In this document: positions 10,347-19,662 of the stretch, piece by piece | Layout: every line of letters begins with the position of its first letter | Position numbering within the stretch: position 1 is the first letter of the stretch | Source of the DNA: a virus | Lineage: Duplodnaviria > Caudoviricetes | Virus record (IMG/VR): IMGVR_UViG_3300032327_000258 | Location: 1 to 39,076 of that record | DNA length: 39,076 bases | Reading direction: 5' to 3' (one strand) | The notes under the pieces: generated by a model | Database searches by the model: none | What the model saw: only the letters and a program-made list of their open reading frames with translations | What the model was told of the DNA's origin: nothing | Translations under genes and position numbers: made by a program

Positions 10347-11320
10347 GTATCACCCAAGGAAGTGCGCTTCCCAATATTACGACCACTACAAGCGCTACGG
10401 TCCCTGATTGGTATACCAACACGGTCAATGCCGGCACGAAGATCGCTCAGGACCAGATGAAGAAGACCGCCGCCGAAGGGCTGGCAGGTCAAGATCCTCT
10501 TCAATTACAGGGGTATGCGGCAACGACGGGTGCTGCTAATTCGTATCTTCCGGGGCTGACTTCGGCGACACAAACCGCTGGTCAAGCCGCGAGCGCAATG
10601 AATCCTGCTGGCATCCAGCAGTTCATGAACCCTTACATCAACAACGTTACCAACGAGCAGGCAAGGCTGGCCAATCAGAACTGGCAGCGCAACCTTATGC
10701 CAACGCTTGGTGGCCAGTTTGTTGGGTCCGGTGGGTTTGGTGGACAACGCTTTGCAAGCGCCCTAGGGCAAGCCGGGGCAGACTTCCAATCCAATCTAAC
10801 GGGACAGCAGAACAAGTCGCTTGCAGACGCTTACAACAGCGCTCTGACGGGGGCGTACAACCAAGGCAATTTGCTGAACAATGTCGCACAAACGCAAGGT
10901 ACGTTAGCCGGCAAACAACAAGAACTTGGATTGAAGGGTGCGAGTGCTTTGACGGCGGCGGGAACAGCGCAACAGCAATACAACCAGTCGGTGCTGGATT
11001 ACGACCTTACCAACGCATTGAACTCAATGAAGGTTTTGAGCGGGTTGACAGTGCCTCAAGGAACGGTCAAGACAGGTCCGGGGACTAGGGATCAGTATGG
11101 TTTGTCTGATTTGCAGAAGGCAGGGGTTGTTACTTCATTCCTTGCAAGCCCCAACTTTGATAAGTTGTCAAGCGCGGCAAAAGAAGCGTGGAGATGGTTC
11201 AACTCTACTGGCGATAGCAGTAAGCTGACTGGTTTTAATAGCAGTGACATACAAACGCTAAGAGATCAAGGTCTTGATGCTTACAACGACGAGTTCGGTA
11301 AATTGGTTATTAATACATAA
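10343..11320 (+). CDS. Putative DNA pilot/ejection protein
   Basis: 325 aa Q/A/G-rich; '[11 protein letters not shown]' and 'GGFGGQR' motifs typical of podovirus ejection proteins. Confidence 0.65.
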   Translation: MSITQGSALPNITTTTSATVPDWYTNTVNAGTKIAQDQMKKTAAEGLAGQDPLQLQGYAATTGAANSYLPGLTSATQTAGQAASAMNPAGIQQFMNPYINNVTNEQARLANQNWQRNLMPTLGGQFVGSGGFGGQRFASALGQAGADFQSNLTGQQNKSLADAYNSALTGAYNQGNLLNNVAQTQGTLAGKQQELGLKGASALTAAGTAQQQYNQSVLDYDLTNALNSMKVLSGLTVPQGTVKTGPGTRDQYGLSDLQKAGVVTSFLASPNFDKLSSAAKEAWRWFNSTGDSSKLTGFNSSDIQTLRDQGLDAYNDEFGKLVINT

Positions 11321-11329
11321 GGTTAAATA

Positions 11330-13075
11330 ATGGCCAAGCCTACTACTCAGCCAATGCCCCCGTTTGCAATGGGGGACGACCCGGAAAGCGTTAGCGCCAA
11401 TCAAGCGTACAAAGAAGCAATGGATAAGTTGCTTCAGACGTATGAGGCAAGGAACGAGAAACCATTCTTTGATCCGAAGATGCTTTCTCTTGCTCAGGCT
11501 TTTGCGAAGCCAACGCAAACAGGGAGTTTCTTTGAGTCGCTCGGCAACGTCGCTGGTAGTTTGGGAGCTTCTCAAGAAGCGGAGCAGAACAAGGCTGAAG
11601 ATCTTGCAAGGATGCGCCTTGAAATGGCCGGAATGGGCGTTGGCCAAGCCAACCAACGTGCTGCCATGCAGATGTATCGTGAGGGGGCTAAACCCCCTTC
11701 TGCGCCTTCCGGAGTGCCTGTTGAACCTTCCGAAGCTCCACAACCAAAATCTCCGTCAGACTTTGCGTTGCAGTCAATGGGTATTGATGAGCAAGGTATT
11801 CAAATTTTTCCTCCTCAGCCGTTGACGCCAGAAAAGCAGTTCCTTGCGGCTCAGGCGTTCAAAGGGGTAAACCCAATGGACGCAAAGATTGCGTACCAAG
11901 ACTATCTTCGGAAAGACATTGAAATTGCCCAGAACGGAAACGTAATCCAACGCTCAACGGGGCGGGTGTTTGATCTTCCTGATCCGACTCCGGTTAAGGT
12001 GCCGTTCCTCACGCTTGGCGGGGAGGAATTTACGGTAAGCAAGACCCAATCAAGAAAACTTGATGAGGCCATAACGTCCGGAAATCAACAAAAGCGTATT
12101 GATCTTGAGAACAAGTATCGCGGGGTGGCTCCTTCTCCTGCACAGCTTGCTGCGAAGGTTCCTGCTGCCCCTCTTAATCAGGGGGTGTCAACAGAGCCGG
12201 TAACGCAACCTAAAATTATTGCTGCGCCACCGACTACGGCCGCTCCTTCTGTTCCTCCTCCTCCTCCTCCTGCTCCTACGGGGATGAAGTCACCAGCGCA
12301 ACTCGAAAGGGAAAAAGCCGAAGAAGCGCAAAGGAGGGCAATCTCACAAGCGACGGCTATTGAACAAGCAAAAACCGACATTGGCACAAAGGCAGAAACT
12401 GCAAAAGCAAACAAAAAGGATGAGCAAGAGACGATTGTTGAGATAAAGAAGGCGGGAAGGAATCAGGTCAACATTGCTGACCAGTACGCCAAACTTGTTA
12501 CTGAGTATCCTAACGCTATCGGTACGGCAGCAAAGCCGGGGTTCTTGTCCGCTGGCATCAAACTCTTAGAGAGCGGTGCAAGTCTTGGCGGTGAGAGCGC
12601 AAAGGCATCTGCGTTGCAAGAGGCTGTGGCAACGCTCAGAGGAACGCCAGAAGAGTTATCTGCTCGACGGGTGATGATGGGTCTAGCCGCAGAGTATCTG
12701 TTCAACCTGCGGTCGTTGGCCAAGGGGCAGGGCGCGATCACTGACTACGAGACGCAGATTTTGTCACGCATCGGGCCGGGAATTGAGGACGATGCGAAGA
12801 CGGCTCGGTTTAAGGCATCTATTATGAAGATGCACGGCGAGGCTGAGATTGCTCGCGCTAACGAGTACAACGAGTGGAAGAAGCGCAATCAAGGGATGGG
12901 TTGGAAAGACTACCTTGGCAGTGAGACTCACGATGAGTTTGCTGCAAAGTATGACAAAAATCTTTCTAAGGCTTACGATATTTACCTTGGACGCAAGCCA
13001 CAGGCGGCACAACCTTCGGCACAACCACGCCAGACATCAAATCCTGCCTTGGACTTTGCGAGGAGTCTAAAATAA
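11330..13075 (+). CDS. Putative internal virion/ejection protein
   Basis: 581 aa helical, Pro-rich linkers, 'GQGAITDYE' motif; position in ejection cluster. Confidence 0.6.
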   Translation: MAKPTTQPMPPFAMGDDPESVSANQAYKEAMDKLLQTYEARNEKPFFDPKMLSLAQAFAKPTQTGSFFESLGNVAGSLGASQEAEQNKAEDLARMRLEMAGMGVGQANQRAAMQMYREGAKPPSAPSGVPVEPSEAPQPKSPSDFALQSMGIDEQGIQIFPPQPLTPEKQFLAAQAFKGVNPMDAKIAYQDYLRKDIEIAQNGNVIQRSTGRVFDLPDPTPVKVPFLTLGGEEFTVSKTQSRKLDEAITSGNQQKRIDLENKYRGVAPSPAQLAAKVPAAPLNQGVSTEPVTQPKIIAAPPTTAAPSVPPPPPPAPTGMKSPAQLEREKAEEAQRRAISQATAIEQAKTDIGTKAETAKANKKDEQETIVEIKKAGRNQVNIADQYAKLVTEYPNAIGTAAKPGFLSAGIKLLESGASLGGESAKASALQEAVATLRGTPEELSARRVMMGLAAEYLFNLRSLAKGQGAITDYETQILSRIGPGIEDDAKTARFKASIMKMHGEAEIARANEYNEWKKRNQGMGWKDYLGSETHDEFAAKYDKNLSKAYDIYLGRKPQAAQPSAQPRQTSNPALDFARSLK

Positions 13076-14637
13076 TGAGTAACAAACAAGAACTTGCTGA
13101 TTGGTTGTACGCCAACAAGGACAAGCAAGGCGCCCCTGAGTTTGAGCAGAAGAAAAATCAATTTTTTGCTGTTGATTCTGCTCCGCAGGCGATAAAGGTT
13201 CCTCCTCGCGGGGAGACAACGGTCAAGATTCTTCAAGACGAGTTCATCAAAGAGTATGAGCGGCCAGCAGGGACGCCAGAAGAGCAGAGTCGAAAAGAAG
13301 CAAACCTTGGGGCGCTAACCCGTGAACTGGCGACGTTGAAAGCGCAGCCGCCAGAGATTGCAACAAAAGAGCCTTCTGTAGAGGAAGAGTCTCCAGCGTT
13401 GTCCGGGCTCAGGCAAGACATTGGACAGATTGAAACCAAAAGGCAGGAACAGCAGCCAGAAGATATGCGCTTGAATGCGCAGATTGCCGGTGCTGCGATC
13501 GGTGCGGTTCCGGGCGCGGTTCAACAGGCTGCGGTTTTAAAAGACGCTACTGGCCGAGGCATAAGAGGTTCAGAGGGGCGGATTGCAAATCTTCTTGCTC
13601 AAAGAATGCAGCCACCCGGTGGCGCGAGCACGGTTGCAGATCTTGCGAATGACGTGATTACCGGAGAAATGCCGCAAGGTGTGACACCTGCGAACATCAA
13701 TCAAACTGCAACGAGGTTTTACCGTCAGTTTCCGAATGAACTTGCAAACGGAGATATGGCTGCCGGTGGACGCGGGACTTACGCTTACGCTCGCAGTTTC
13801 CAATTGCCGATTGAGCTTTCAATGCAGGCGGTTGATCTGAAGGATGCTCAACGATTAGTCCAAGAGCGCCGAGCAGGAACCTTGGCTGCGCAAGCAGCGT
13901 TCCCCAGTGAAACTCTTATAGAGAGACCTACCTCTGGCGTGCTTACGCTTGGGGAACGTCGAGAGCCCCGCGCAAGGTTAATTATTGGTGGAGATCAATC
14001 TCCCCCTCCTCCTCCTCAGCAACCTCCACAACAACCTCGGTCGGCATTGCCACCCGGCCAACCGCTAACCGGGGCTCCATCGCCTCGTTTGACGGCAGGA
14101 ACCAATCCGTTCCAACCCGGAAGGCCTGCTCTATTACAAGCGCCTCCCGCAGAAGCTCCTATGCCACCTATGTCTGCGGGGACGCCACCTCCGGGCGCTG
14201 CTCCGGGAGTTAGGACGGAACCTATATTAGGACCCGCTGCTCTCGGCGAAGCCCCACGGCCAACATCGGCTACGAGAGGCCCTATACGGTCTGGATTAGA
14301 TGCGGTGACGGGTATGTTTGCCCGTAACGTAGCTGAGCCTGCACAACGCGTTCTAAGTGCGCTCCCGATCATTCCTAAGACCATTGGCGGAATGCAAACG
14401 CTGGGTGGTGGTGCCGAGGCGATAACGGGCGCTCGTCAGGGTGACGCTGGGAAGATTGGAACCGGTGCGGCCGAGATGTTAGGAGGCGGCCTGTCTATGT
14501 TTAGAGGGACCGCCCCGGCCGGTATGGCTATCTCAATCCTGACGGAGTTGTATCGCAACGCGAGAACTCCGGAGGATCGTCAAAAGATTATGGATACGCT
14601 AAACAAAATGATGTTCGGCGAGCAGCAGACTATGTAA
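13075..14637 (+). CDS. Putative internal virion protein, Pro-rich with Gly-rich hydrophobic C-terminus
   Basis: 520 aa ORF, TAATG coupling; last gene of rightward virion operon. Confidence 0.6.
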   Translation: MSNKQELADWLYANKDKQGAPEFEQKKNQFFAVDSAPQAIKVPPRGETTVKILQDEFIKEYERPAGTPEEQSRKEANLGALTRELATLKAQPPEIATKEPSVEEESPALSGLRQDIGQIETKRQEQQPEDMRLNAQIAGAAIGAVPGAVQQAAVLKDATGRGIRGSEGRIANLLAQRMQPPGGASTVADLANDVITGEMPQGVTPANINQTATRFYRQFPNELANGDMAAGGRGTYAYARSFQLPIELSMQAVDLKDAQRLVQERRAGTLAAQAAFPSETLIERPTSGVLTLGERREPRARLIIGGDQSPPPPPQQPPQQPRSALPPGQPLTGAPSPRLTAGTNPFQPGRPALLQAPPAEAPMPPMSAGTPPPGAAPGVRTEPILGPAALGEAPRPTSATRGPIRSGLDAVTGMFARNVAEPAQRVLSALPIIPKTIGGMQTLGGGAEAITGARQGDAGKIGTGAAEMLGGGLSMFRGTAPAGMAISILTELYRNARTPEDRQKIMDTLNKMMFGEQQTM

Positions 14638-14857
14638 CGAGTTTGGGGACCTCTCCTCCCCTGAACCCCGCAGGAGCGGGTTTAGCCGGTACGATTACCG
14701 GCTTTTTTTCGCTCTGAGCGAGGACAAACTGCTCAACGATCCGAGCAAACTCCAGAACGTCAACGTACCCATATACCCCGTTAGGGTTACGAGACTTGTC
14801 CGTATAAAAGTACAACTGCTTAATCGTGGCGTCGGTTAGGTAGGACTTACTTAACAT
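14630..14857 (-). CDS. Hypothetical protein (75 aa)
   Basis: ATG at 14857 preceded by ggaggg; last gene of leftward operon. Confidence 0.55.
   Translation of the reverse strand: MLSKSYLTDATIKQLYFYTDKSRNPNGVYGYVDVLEFARIVEQFVLAQSEKKPVIVPAKPAPAGFRGGEVPKLVT
14684..14709 (+). terminator. Rho-independent terminator of virion operon
   Basis: agccggta-cgat-taccggct perfect 8-bp stem followed by T6, ~45 nt after stop at 14637. Confidence 0.8.
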
Positions 14858-15059
14858 TCTTAGCCCTCCATAGTTCCCAGCGCAGGATGCTTCCCTGCAC
14901 AATGCTGCGGTGGGCTGATCCTTTGTACGGGTTCTCTTCTGACGACAGAAAGTCTTCGACTAGATCCTTGTTTTCAAGGAAGAATTCATGACGACTAGCG
15001 CTTTCCTGATCGGGGAAGATCTCACCGTCAGAGGTTTGGAATGCGGATATTGGTTTCAT
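14847..15059 (-). CDS. Hypothetical protein (MKPISAFQTSDGEIF...)
   Basis: ATGA overlap with exonuclease stop; 'F.T.DG..F.....A..HE' pattern common in small phage proteins. Confidence 0.7.
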   Translation of the reverse strand: MKPISAFQTSDGEIFPDQESASRHEFFLENKDLVEDFLSSEENPYKGSAHRSIVQGSILRWELWRAKNVK

Positions 15060-15802
15060 TTGTAGTTGTGTTTGAGTTGCCAGAAACGGAGAAGGCACTT
15101 GAACTGTTCCCAGCCCCTTACTAGTTCATCTTCGGTCCAGTTCTTGATGACCGTCAAGCCGGGGTGAGTGCGAGATACAAAGATGTTTGCGCACTTGGCT
15201 TCTGGGACTCCCAGACCTACTCGGTAGGCCGCAAGCTGCATCAGGTGCTCGTCATACCCGTCAACGTCATCACCGGGTCCAAATTCCTTTGTCTTAACGT
15301 CAACGACGACCTCCAAAGAATGGAGATCACATTTCCCGCCAAAGCCAAGCTCGTGGCCAAAGGACTTCTCAGCGATCCAGTCCTGATCACCGAACTCTTC
15401 CTGCAGGGCGTCAGAGACCGCTTTAACGTGCTCAAAGTGACGGGAAGGTTTGTTGCCTGAATAGAACGCTTCGATTGAGTTGTGGATGTCCGTGCCTGCC
15501 GCTGCTGAAGCCTTAGCAAGTTCCCGTGAGTCAACGAGGATACGGTCCATGTAGGCCGCGTCAGGCTCGTCACCGATCCGTTGCATAGTCAGGGCACTCA
15601 TGAGTACCTGCTTCTGCATCCACGCGATTAGAGCGGGTTTGGCGGCCACGTTTAGGATCGTGGTAACGGAGGGTACTAGGTCCTTAGTTCTCGCGTCACG
15701 CAGCGTTGTAGGGCGGACCCCGGTCTTTCCTACGACTGTGTACATCGGCTCACCGTCTCTGGTGTACCAATGCTCACTTGTTTTTTTCTCGGAAACGATC
15801 AT
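15056..15802 (-). CDS. PD-(D/E)XK exonuclease (phage recombination nuclease)
   Basis: 'PSVTTIL', 'GTDIH', 'FGGKCD', 'VDVKTK', 'QLAAY' motifs; start set at MIVSEKK. Confidence 0.85.
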   Translation of the reverse strand: MIVSEKKTSEHWYTRDGEPMYTVVGKTGVRPTTLRDARTKDLVPSVTTILNVAAKPALIAWMQKQVLMSALTMQRIGDEPDAAYMDRILVDSRELAKASAAAGTDIHNSIEAFYSGNKPSRHFEHVKAVSDALQEEFGDQDWIAEKSFGHELGFGGKCDLHSLEVVVDVKTKEFGPGDDVDGYDEHLMQLAAYRVGLGVPEAKCANIFVSRTHPGLTVIKNWTEDELVRGWEQFKCLLRFWQLKHNYK

Positions 15803-15939
15803 TTTCCTTTCCCTGTGATGACTAAAATTATTGTTGCAACGCAACTGACCGCCATGATCTCTCGCTCACCAGCTAACGCTGCGGCGACAGTAATAACGAA
15901 TGCCGATAGTACGGCCCAATCTCTAAGATTCTCTGGCAT
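15799..15939 (-). CDS. Small two-helix membrane protein (46 aa; not in ORF track)
   Basis: MPENLRDWAVLSAFVITVAAALAGEREIMAVSCVATIILVITGKGK; fills gap and has ATGA overlap with exonuclease start. Confidence 0.6.
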   Translation of the reverse strand: MPENLRDWAVLSAFVITVAAALAGEREIMAVSCVATIILVITGKGK

Positions 15940-16360
15940 TTTTTCTCACTTTATAGAACGCTTTTGTGTTGATGAAAACAACGGGCTCTTGGTCTTGTGA
16001 GTCTCCGCGATCGGACCTCCCGCCGAACCCATAAGTACGAGCCACTGCTTCCGTGTCGCAGTAATAGAGGCCATCATCCCACTCCACAATGATCAGAAAT
16101 GGCACCCCGAGTTCTTTGCCGATCTCTCTTCCGTGTTTCCATTTGTTTAATGAAATCATGAAGGTAGGGTAGCGATCCTTGGGGTTGTGACGGCGCTTGA
16201 ACTCTGCGAAGGCTTTGATCTCTGGTCCCCTAATGACAGCCCAGACAACGTAGTAGGCCATCGGTAGCTTCACAAACTCCGCGTTCCAGCAATCCTTGAG
16301 GTGTGCAGAGACGCGGAGTTCGTTAGAGAGATCCTTAGAACTCTCGTAGAGCGGTCTCAT
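15923..16360 (-). CDS. Putative PD-(D/E)XK-fold nuclease-like protein
   Basis: 145 aa; 'AFAEFKRR', 'ISLNKW', 'PFLIIVEWDDG' resemble restriction-endonuclease-like fold. Confidence 0.55.
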   Translation of the reverse strand: MRPLYESSKDLSNELRVSAHLKDCWNAEFVKLPMAYYVVWAVIRGPEIKAFAEFKRRHNPKDRYPTFMISLNKWKHGREIGKELGVPFLIIVEWDDGLYYCDTEAVARTYGFGGRSDRGDSQDQEPVVFINTKAFYKVRKNARES

Positions 16361-16992
16361 CAGAAGGGAATATCGTCATCAACGTCAGCAACACCGCCGC
16401 CAGTGTAGGCAACAGCACTACGACTCTTCCACTCCGGCGACCCTTCGATCTTGGCCCGTAGGTAATCGGAGAACGTCGCAAACAACTCCATGTCTGGCGA
16501 GTCAATTGAGAAGATCTTTGCCTCGTTAAAGTGCTGAGGCATACCGTTCTTCTTAACGACCGCTGGGACGGGAGTAATGGTGTTGATGTTTGAGTACTCT
16601 TTGCCGTCCGAGCCGGGCGTCTTGATCACGCTGATCATTCCCCATACTCCTAAAAGGTTCTTGAGTTCAAATCCCTTGAGTTCTTCGGGGGTAAAGGCTT
16701 TGCCACGCCACGAGGCTAGATCCTGACGCAGGCGAGACTTCTCACCGATAGATAGGGTGTAGTTCTTCGAGATAGACATCGGCTCTCCGGCACGAGTGAT
16801 CAGGGCAAACCCATTCTCATCGTCACCGTGAACCTCAAACTGAATCATCACCTTGCGCTGGTTCTTCACTTGCCCAAGGTAGGTTGACTCTTGTGTTCCG
16901 AGATCAACGATTCTGTAGCACCTTGCAAGGTGGGTTCCTTCTGGCACTGGTTTGAAGGTCGATTCGCTTCCTGCTGTCGCAATTAAACTCAT
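16360..16992 (-). CDS. Putative ssDNA-binding protein (NGO0469-like phage replication protein)
   Basis: 'PEGTHLARCYRIVDLGTQ', 'EKSRLRQDLASWRG' and SSB-type acidic tail DVDDDIPF. Confidence 0.75.
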   Translation of the reverse strand: MSLIATAGSESTFKPVPEGTHLARCYRIVDLGTQESTYLGQVKNQRKVMIQFEVHGDDENGFALITRAGEPMSISKNYTLSIGEKSRLRQDLASWRGKAFTPEELKGFELKNLLGVWGMISVIKTPGSDGKEYSNINTITPVPAVVKKNGMPQHFNEAKIFSIDSPDMELFATFSDYLRAKIEGSPEWKSRSAVAYTGGGVADVDDDIPF

Positions 16993-17125
16993 ATGTAACT
17001 CCAACGGTTTCTAAGATCACTGTTCTCCTGACGCCGGACTTGGCGAGCAGGATCAAATCCTCCTCAGAGGCTCGGTCATTCTCGGCCCGGTGATAGGCCA
17101 TCAAGGCTTCAAACGGATCAATCAT
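16904..17125 (-). CDS. Hypothetical protein, first gene of leftward operon
   Basis: Good RBS (aggaga) and upstream promoter; long 3' overlap with next gene lowers confidence. Confidence 0.5.
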   Translation of the reverse strand: MIDPFEALMAYHRAENDRASEEDLILLAKSGVRRTVILETVGVTYEFNCDSRKRIDLQTSARRNPPCKVLQNR

Positions 17126-17148
17126 GGGAGTCTCCTAAGAGTGAACGA

Positions 17149-17177
17149 ACTCTAACATCGAAAAGAAAAAGTTACAA
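17149..17177 (-). promoter_or_regulatory. Leftward sigma70-like promoter
   Basis: TTGTAA-17 bp-TAGAGT with extended TG on minus strand. Confidence 0.6.
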
Positions 17178-17181
17178 GAAC

Positions 17182-17211
17182 TTGTTCACAGAAGAAAATC
17201 TCGTGTAAGAT
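17182..17211 (+). promoter_or_regulatory. Rightward sigma70-like promoter
   Basis: TTGTTC-18 bp-TAAGAT followed by strong RBS aaggaggtga before cro-like gene. Confidence 0.5.
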
Positions 17212-17231
17212 GAAGTTTCACAAGGAGGTGA

Positions 17232-17438
17232 GTGATGACACTCGAAGAGTATTTTTCTGACAAGCACCGAGGCGCGAAGACTGATCTGGCGCGGGATCTA
17301 GGCATTTCGTTGCAGTGGCTCATTGCGTTGACCGCCGGCCGCGAGGTCCCATCGGCCACGTTAGCGATTGAGATTGAGCGAAGGACCGGGATCAGCCGCA
17401 AGGTTCTCAGGCCCGACTTGTTCGGGGACGTGATATGA
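17232..17438 (+). CDS. Cro/YdaS-like HTH regulator
   Basis: 68 aa; 'LARDLGIS', 'PSATLAIEIERRTG', 'LRPDLF'; first rightward gene before the initiator. Confidence 0.85.
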   Translation: MMTLEEYFSDKHRGAKTDLARDLGISLQWLIALTAGREVPSATLAIEIERRTGISRKVLRPDLFGDVI

Positions 17439-18184
17439 AATGGTACAAATTTGCTGCGGCTGAGTACCAGATTAAGACCATCCATCTAACGGATGCCGAG
17501 GACCTTGCGTATCGCAGACTGCTTGATATGGCGTATTTGAGCGAGAGGCCGATCCCGTTGGACACGAACCTTGTTGCTCGGAGGGTTCGGATTGATCAGG
17601 ACATCGTTGAGCAGGTGCTCGCGGAGTTCTTCGAGCGCACCGAGGGCGGGTTCAGAAACCGTCGAGTTGAGGAGGAAGTGAAGGCTTACCAGACGATCAT
17701 CGAGCGGAACCTTAAAGGTACAAAAGCTGCCGCAGAGAAGGCAGCAGAGCGTGCTGCGCAGGGGATGAAGAGAAGGTCACCGCGAACCAAGAACGAACCA
17801 ATAAGCAACCATAGTCATGACCTTGATGGAAGCCATGAAGGAGTCCTTGAAGGTTCGTCAGATAGCACCGCGAACCATGAAGGCATCCAGAATAAGAATA
17901 AGAATATATCCCCCTTACCCCCTTCCGGGGGCTTCGACCGCTTCTGGGAGGTCTGGCCGAAGTCACCCCGCAAGGTTGGCAAGGGTGCTTGCATCCGGAC
18001 GTGGATCACCAACGGCATGGACGAGCACGTCGAACGGATCATCTCTCACGTCTCACGGTTGAAGGGCACCACGCAGTGGCTCTCCGGGTTTGAACCCGCA
18101 CCCATGACGTATCTCAACCAACGGCGCTGGCTAGACGACGACGTTGCAACCACCGCCCTACCCTTCGGGAGAAAAGTGCTATGA
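17435..18184 (+). CDS. Replication initiator, DUF1376/YdaU family
   Basis: 'MKWYKF...T.HLTDAEDLAYRRLLD' N-terminus; C-terminal 'FDRFWEVWP...P.P.TYLNQRRW.D'; internal iterons. Confidence 0.85.
   Translation: MKWYKFAAAEYQIKTIHLTDAEDLAYRRLLDMAYLSERPIPLDTNLVARRVRIDQDIVEQVLAEFFERTEGGFRNRRVEEEVKAYQTIIERNLKGTKAAAEKAAERAAQGMKRRSPRTKNEPISNHSHDLDGSHEGVLEGSSDSTANHEGIQNKNKNISPLPPSGGFDRFWEVWPKSPRKVGKGACIRTWITNGMDEHVERIISHVSRLKGTTQWLSGFEPAPMTYLNQRRWLDDDVATTALPFGRKVL
17706..17910. repeat. Putative replication origin: CC-N5-GG iterons plus AT-rich tract
   Basis: ccttaaagg 17710, ccttgatgg 17821, ccatgaagg 17833, ccttgaagg 17845, ccatgaagg 17875, then agaataagaataagaatatat; lambda O-like placement inside initiator. 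Confidence 0.7.
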
Positions 18185-18285
18185 GAGCCTCTACAACGTG
18201 TTTTCTTAACGGGGGGCTACTCAGGTATCAACCCACGCCTGATCGCGTCTCCTGCGTCGATCTAAGTGCCGTGGAGGGCATATGA
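18181..18285 (+). CDS. Possible 34-aa coupling ORF (not in ORF track)
   Basis: MRASTTCFLNGG...; ATGA overlaps with both neighbours. Confidence 0.35.
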   Translation: MRASTTCFLNGGLLRYQPTPDRVSCVDLSAVEGI

Positions 18286-18689
18286 ACCCCAAGGACATCC
18301 TGAGCAGACTTTCCCAAGTGCGGGGACGGGGGGAATCGTGGACGGCTAGGTGTCCGTCTCATGACGACAAGTCACCCTCGCTGGCGATCCGGTTCAAGTC
18401 GGACGGGAGGGTGCTGATGCACTGCTTCGGTGGCTGTTCCGTTGACGAAGTTCTCGGGGCGATGGGTCTTGACATCAACGACCTGTTTGATGACGGCCCG
18501 GTCCAACGGGGGGAGCAGGTCAAGCCAGCGTTCTATGCGGCTGATTTACTTAGAATTATTTCTGTAGAAAGCCTGATCGTAGCTCTTTCAGCGATTGATA
18601 TATCTAATGGAAAACCCCTAAGCCCAGACAACTTAGAAAGACTTAAACTAGCGGCAGAGCGAATTTTAGAGGCGACTCATTATGCATGA
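18282..18689 (+). CDS. Primase-type CHC2 zinc-finger protein (no TOPRIM domain)
   Basis: 'ARCPSHDDKSPSL...MHCFGGC' motif; 135 aa. Confidence 0.8.
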   Translation: MNPKDILSRLSQVRGRGESWTARCPSHDDKSPSLAIRFKSDGRVLMHCFGGCSVDEVLGAMGLDINDLFDDGPVQRGEQVKPAFYAADLLRIISVESLIVALSAIDISNGKPLSPDNLERLKLAAERILEATHYA

Positions 18690-19662
18690 TATTGAGCAGA
18701 AAGCGAGGGATCTGGACGCTGCCCGGAAGGTGAGGCTTGTCAAATCTGGCGATGTTGATATTGAGAAGTGGGCTAAGGCTCAGGACATTGGGCAGCACGT
18801 TAAGGATCCGATCGGTTGGCTTTTAGAGATTGCAGAGGAGTATGAGCGCCCGGAGGTGAAGGTCAAGGTCACGATGCCGTGGCTCAAGACCCACGGATCG
18901 TTTGACTATCGACCCGGTGAGGTAACGATCTACGCTGGCTCCAACGGTGGCGGAAAGTCTTTGATGACGGGTCAGGTTGCGCTAGGTTTAATCAAGCAGC
19001 GTCAGAAGGTTTGCATCGCATCGTTTGAGATGAAACCTAAGAGAACCCTGATGCGAATGTTACGGCAATTTGCCGGGTATGAATTTGACCTGCTTGGTTT
19101 TGGGGTAGTAGATAAGGTCGCAAAGGCTTGTGTTGACTTCTCCGTCTGGTCTGAGGGCTGCTTGTGGTTGTATGACCAGCAGGGTTCTGTGAATGCACGG
19201 CAAGTGATTGCGATGGCTCGGTACTGTGCTGTAGAACTTGGGATACAGCACGTCTTCATCGACAGCTTGATGAAGTGCGTCTCGGCTGAAGATGCCTATA
19301 ACGAGCAGAAGATGTTTGTTGATGAGCTTTGCGCGGTGGCCAGAGATCACAACATTCACATCCACCTGATTCATCACATTCGCAAGGCCTCGAGCGAGGA
19401 GGTGATGCCTAACAAAATGGACATCAAGGGATCTGGATCTATAACGGATCAGGTTGATAACGTTTTCATTTGGTGGCGAAACAAGAAAAAAGAGCGCCAG
19501 TTGCAGGCCGGGGACAACACTGAGGTGCTTGCCCCTGATGCGATTTTGATGTGTGAAAAGCAGCGCAATGGGGAAGGAGAGGAGTGGTACACGCTCTTTT
19601 ACGAGCGCACTAGTCAGCAGTACGTTGAGATAGCAAACCAAGGAGCAATGACGTGGAGTTAA
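18682..19662 (+). CDS. DnaB-like (SF4) replicative helicase
   Basis: Walker A 'AGSNGGGKS', 'ASFEM', 'FIDSL', 'HLIHHIRK', 'KGSGSITDQVDN', 'KQRNG'. Confidence 0.9.
   Translation: MHDIEQKARDLDAARKVRLVKSGDVDIEKWAKAQDIGQHVKDPIGWLLEIAEEYERPEVKVKVTMPWLKTHGSFDYRPGEVTIYAGSNGGGKSLMTGQVALGLIKQRQKVCIASFEMKPKRTLMRMLRQFAGYEFDLLGFGVVDKVAKACVDFSVWSEGCLWLYDQQGSVNARQVIAMARYCAVELGIQHVFIDSLMKCVSAEDAYNEQKMFVDELCAVARDHNIHIHLIHHIRKASSEEVMPNKMDIKGSGSITDQVDNVFIWWRNKKKERQLQAGDNTEVLAPDAILMCEKQRNGEGEEWYTLFYERTSQQYVEIANQGAMTWS

Noticed and set aside
12244-12280. (CCT)n microsatellite, also near 14004-14030
   Set aside because: Encodes in-frame poly-Pro linkers; triplet unit cannot cause phase variation
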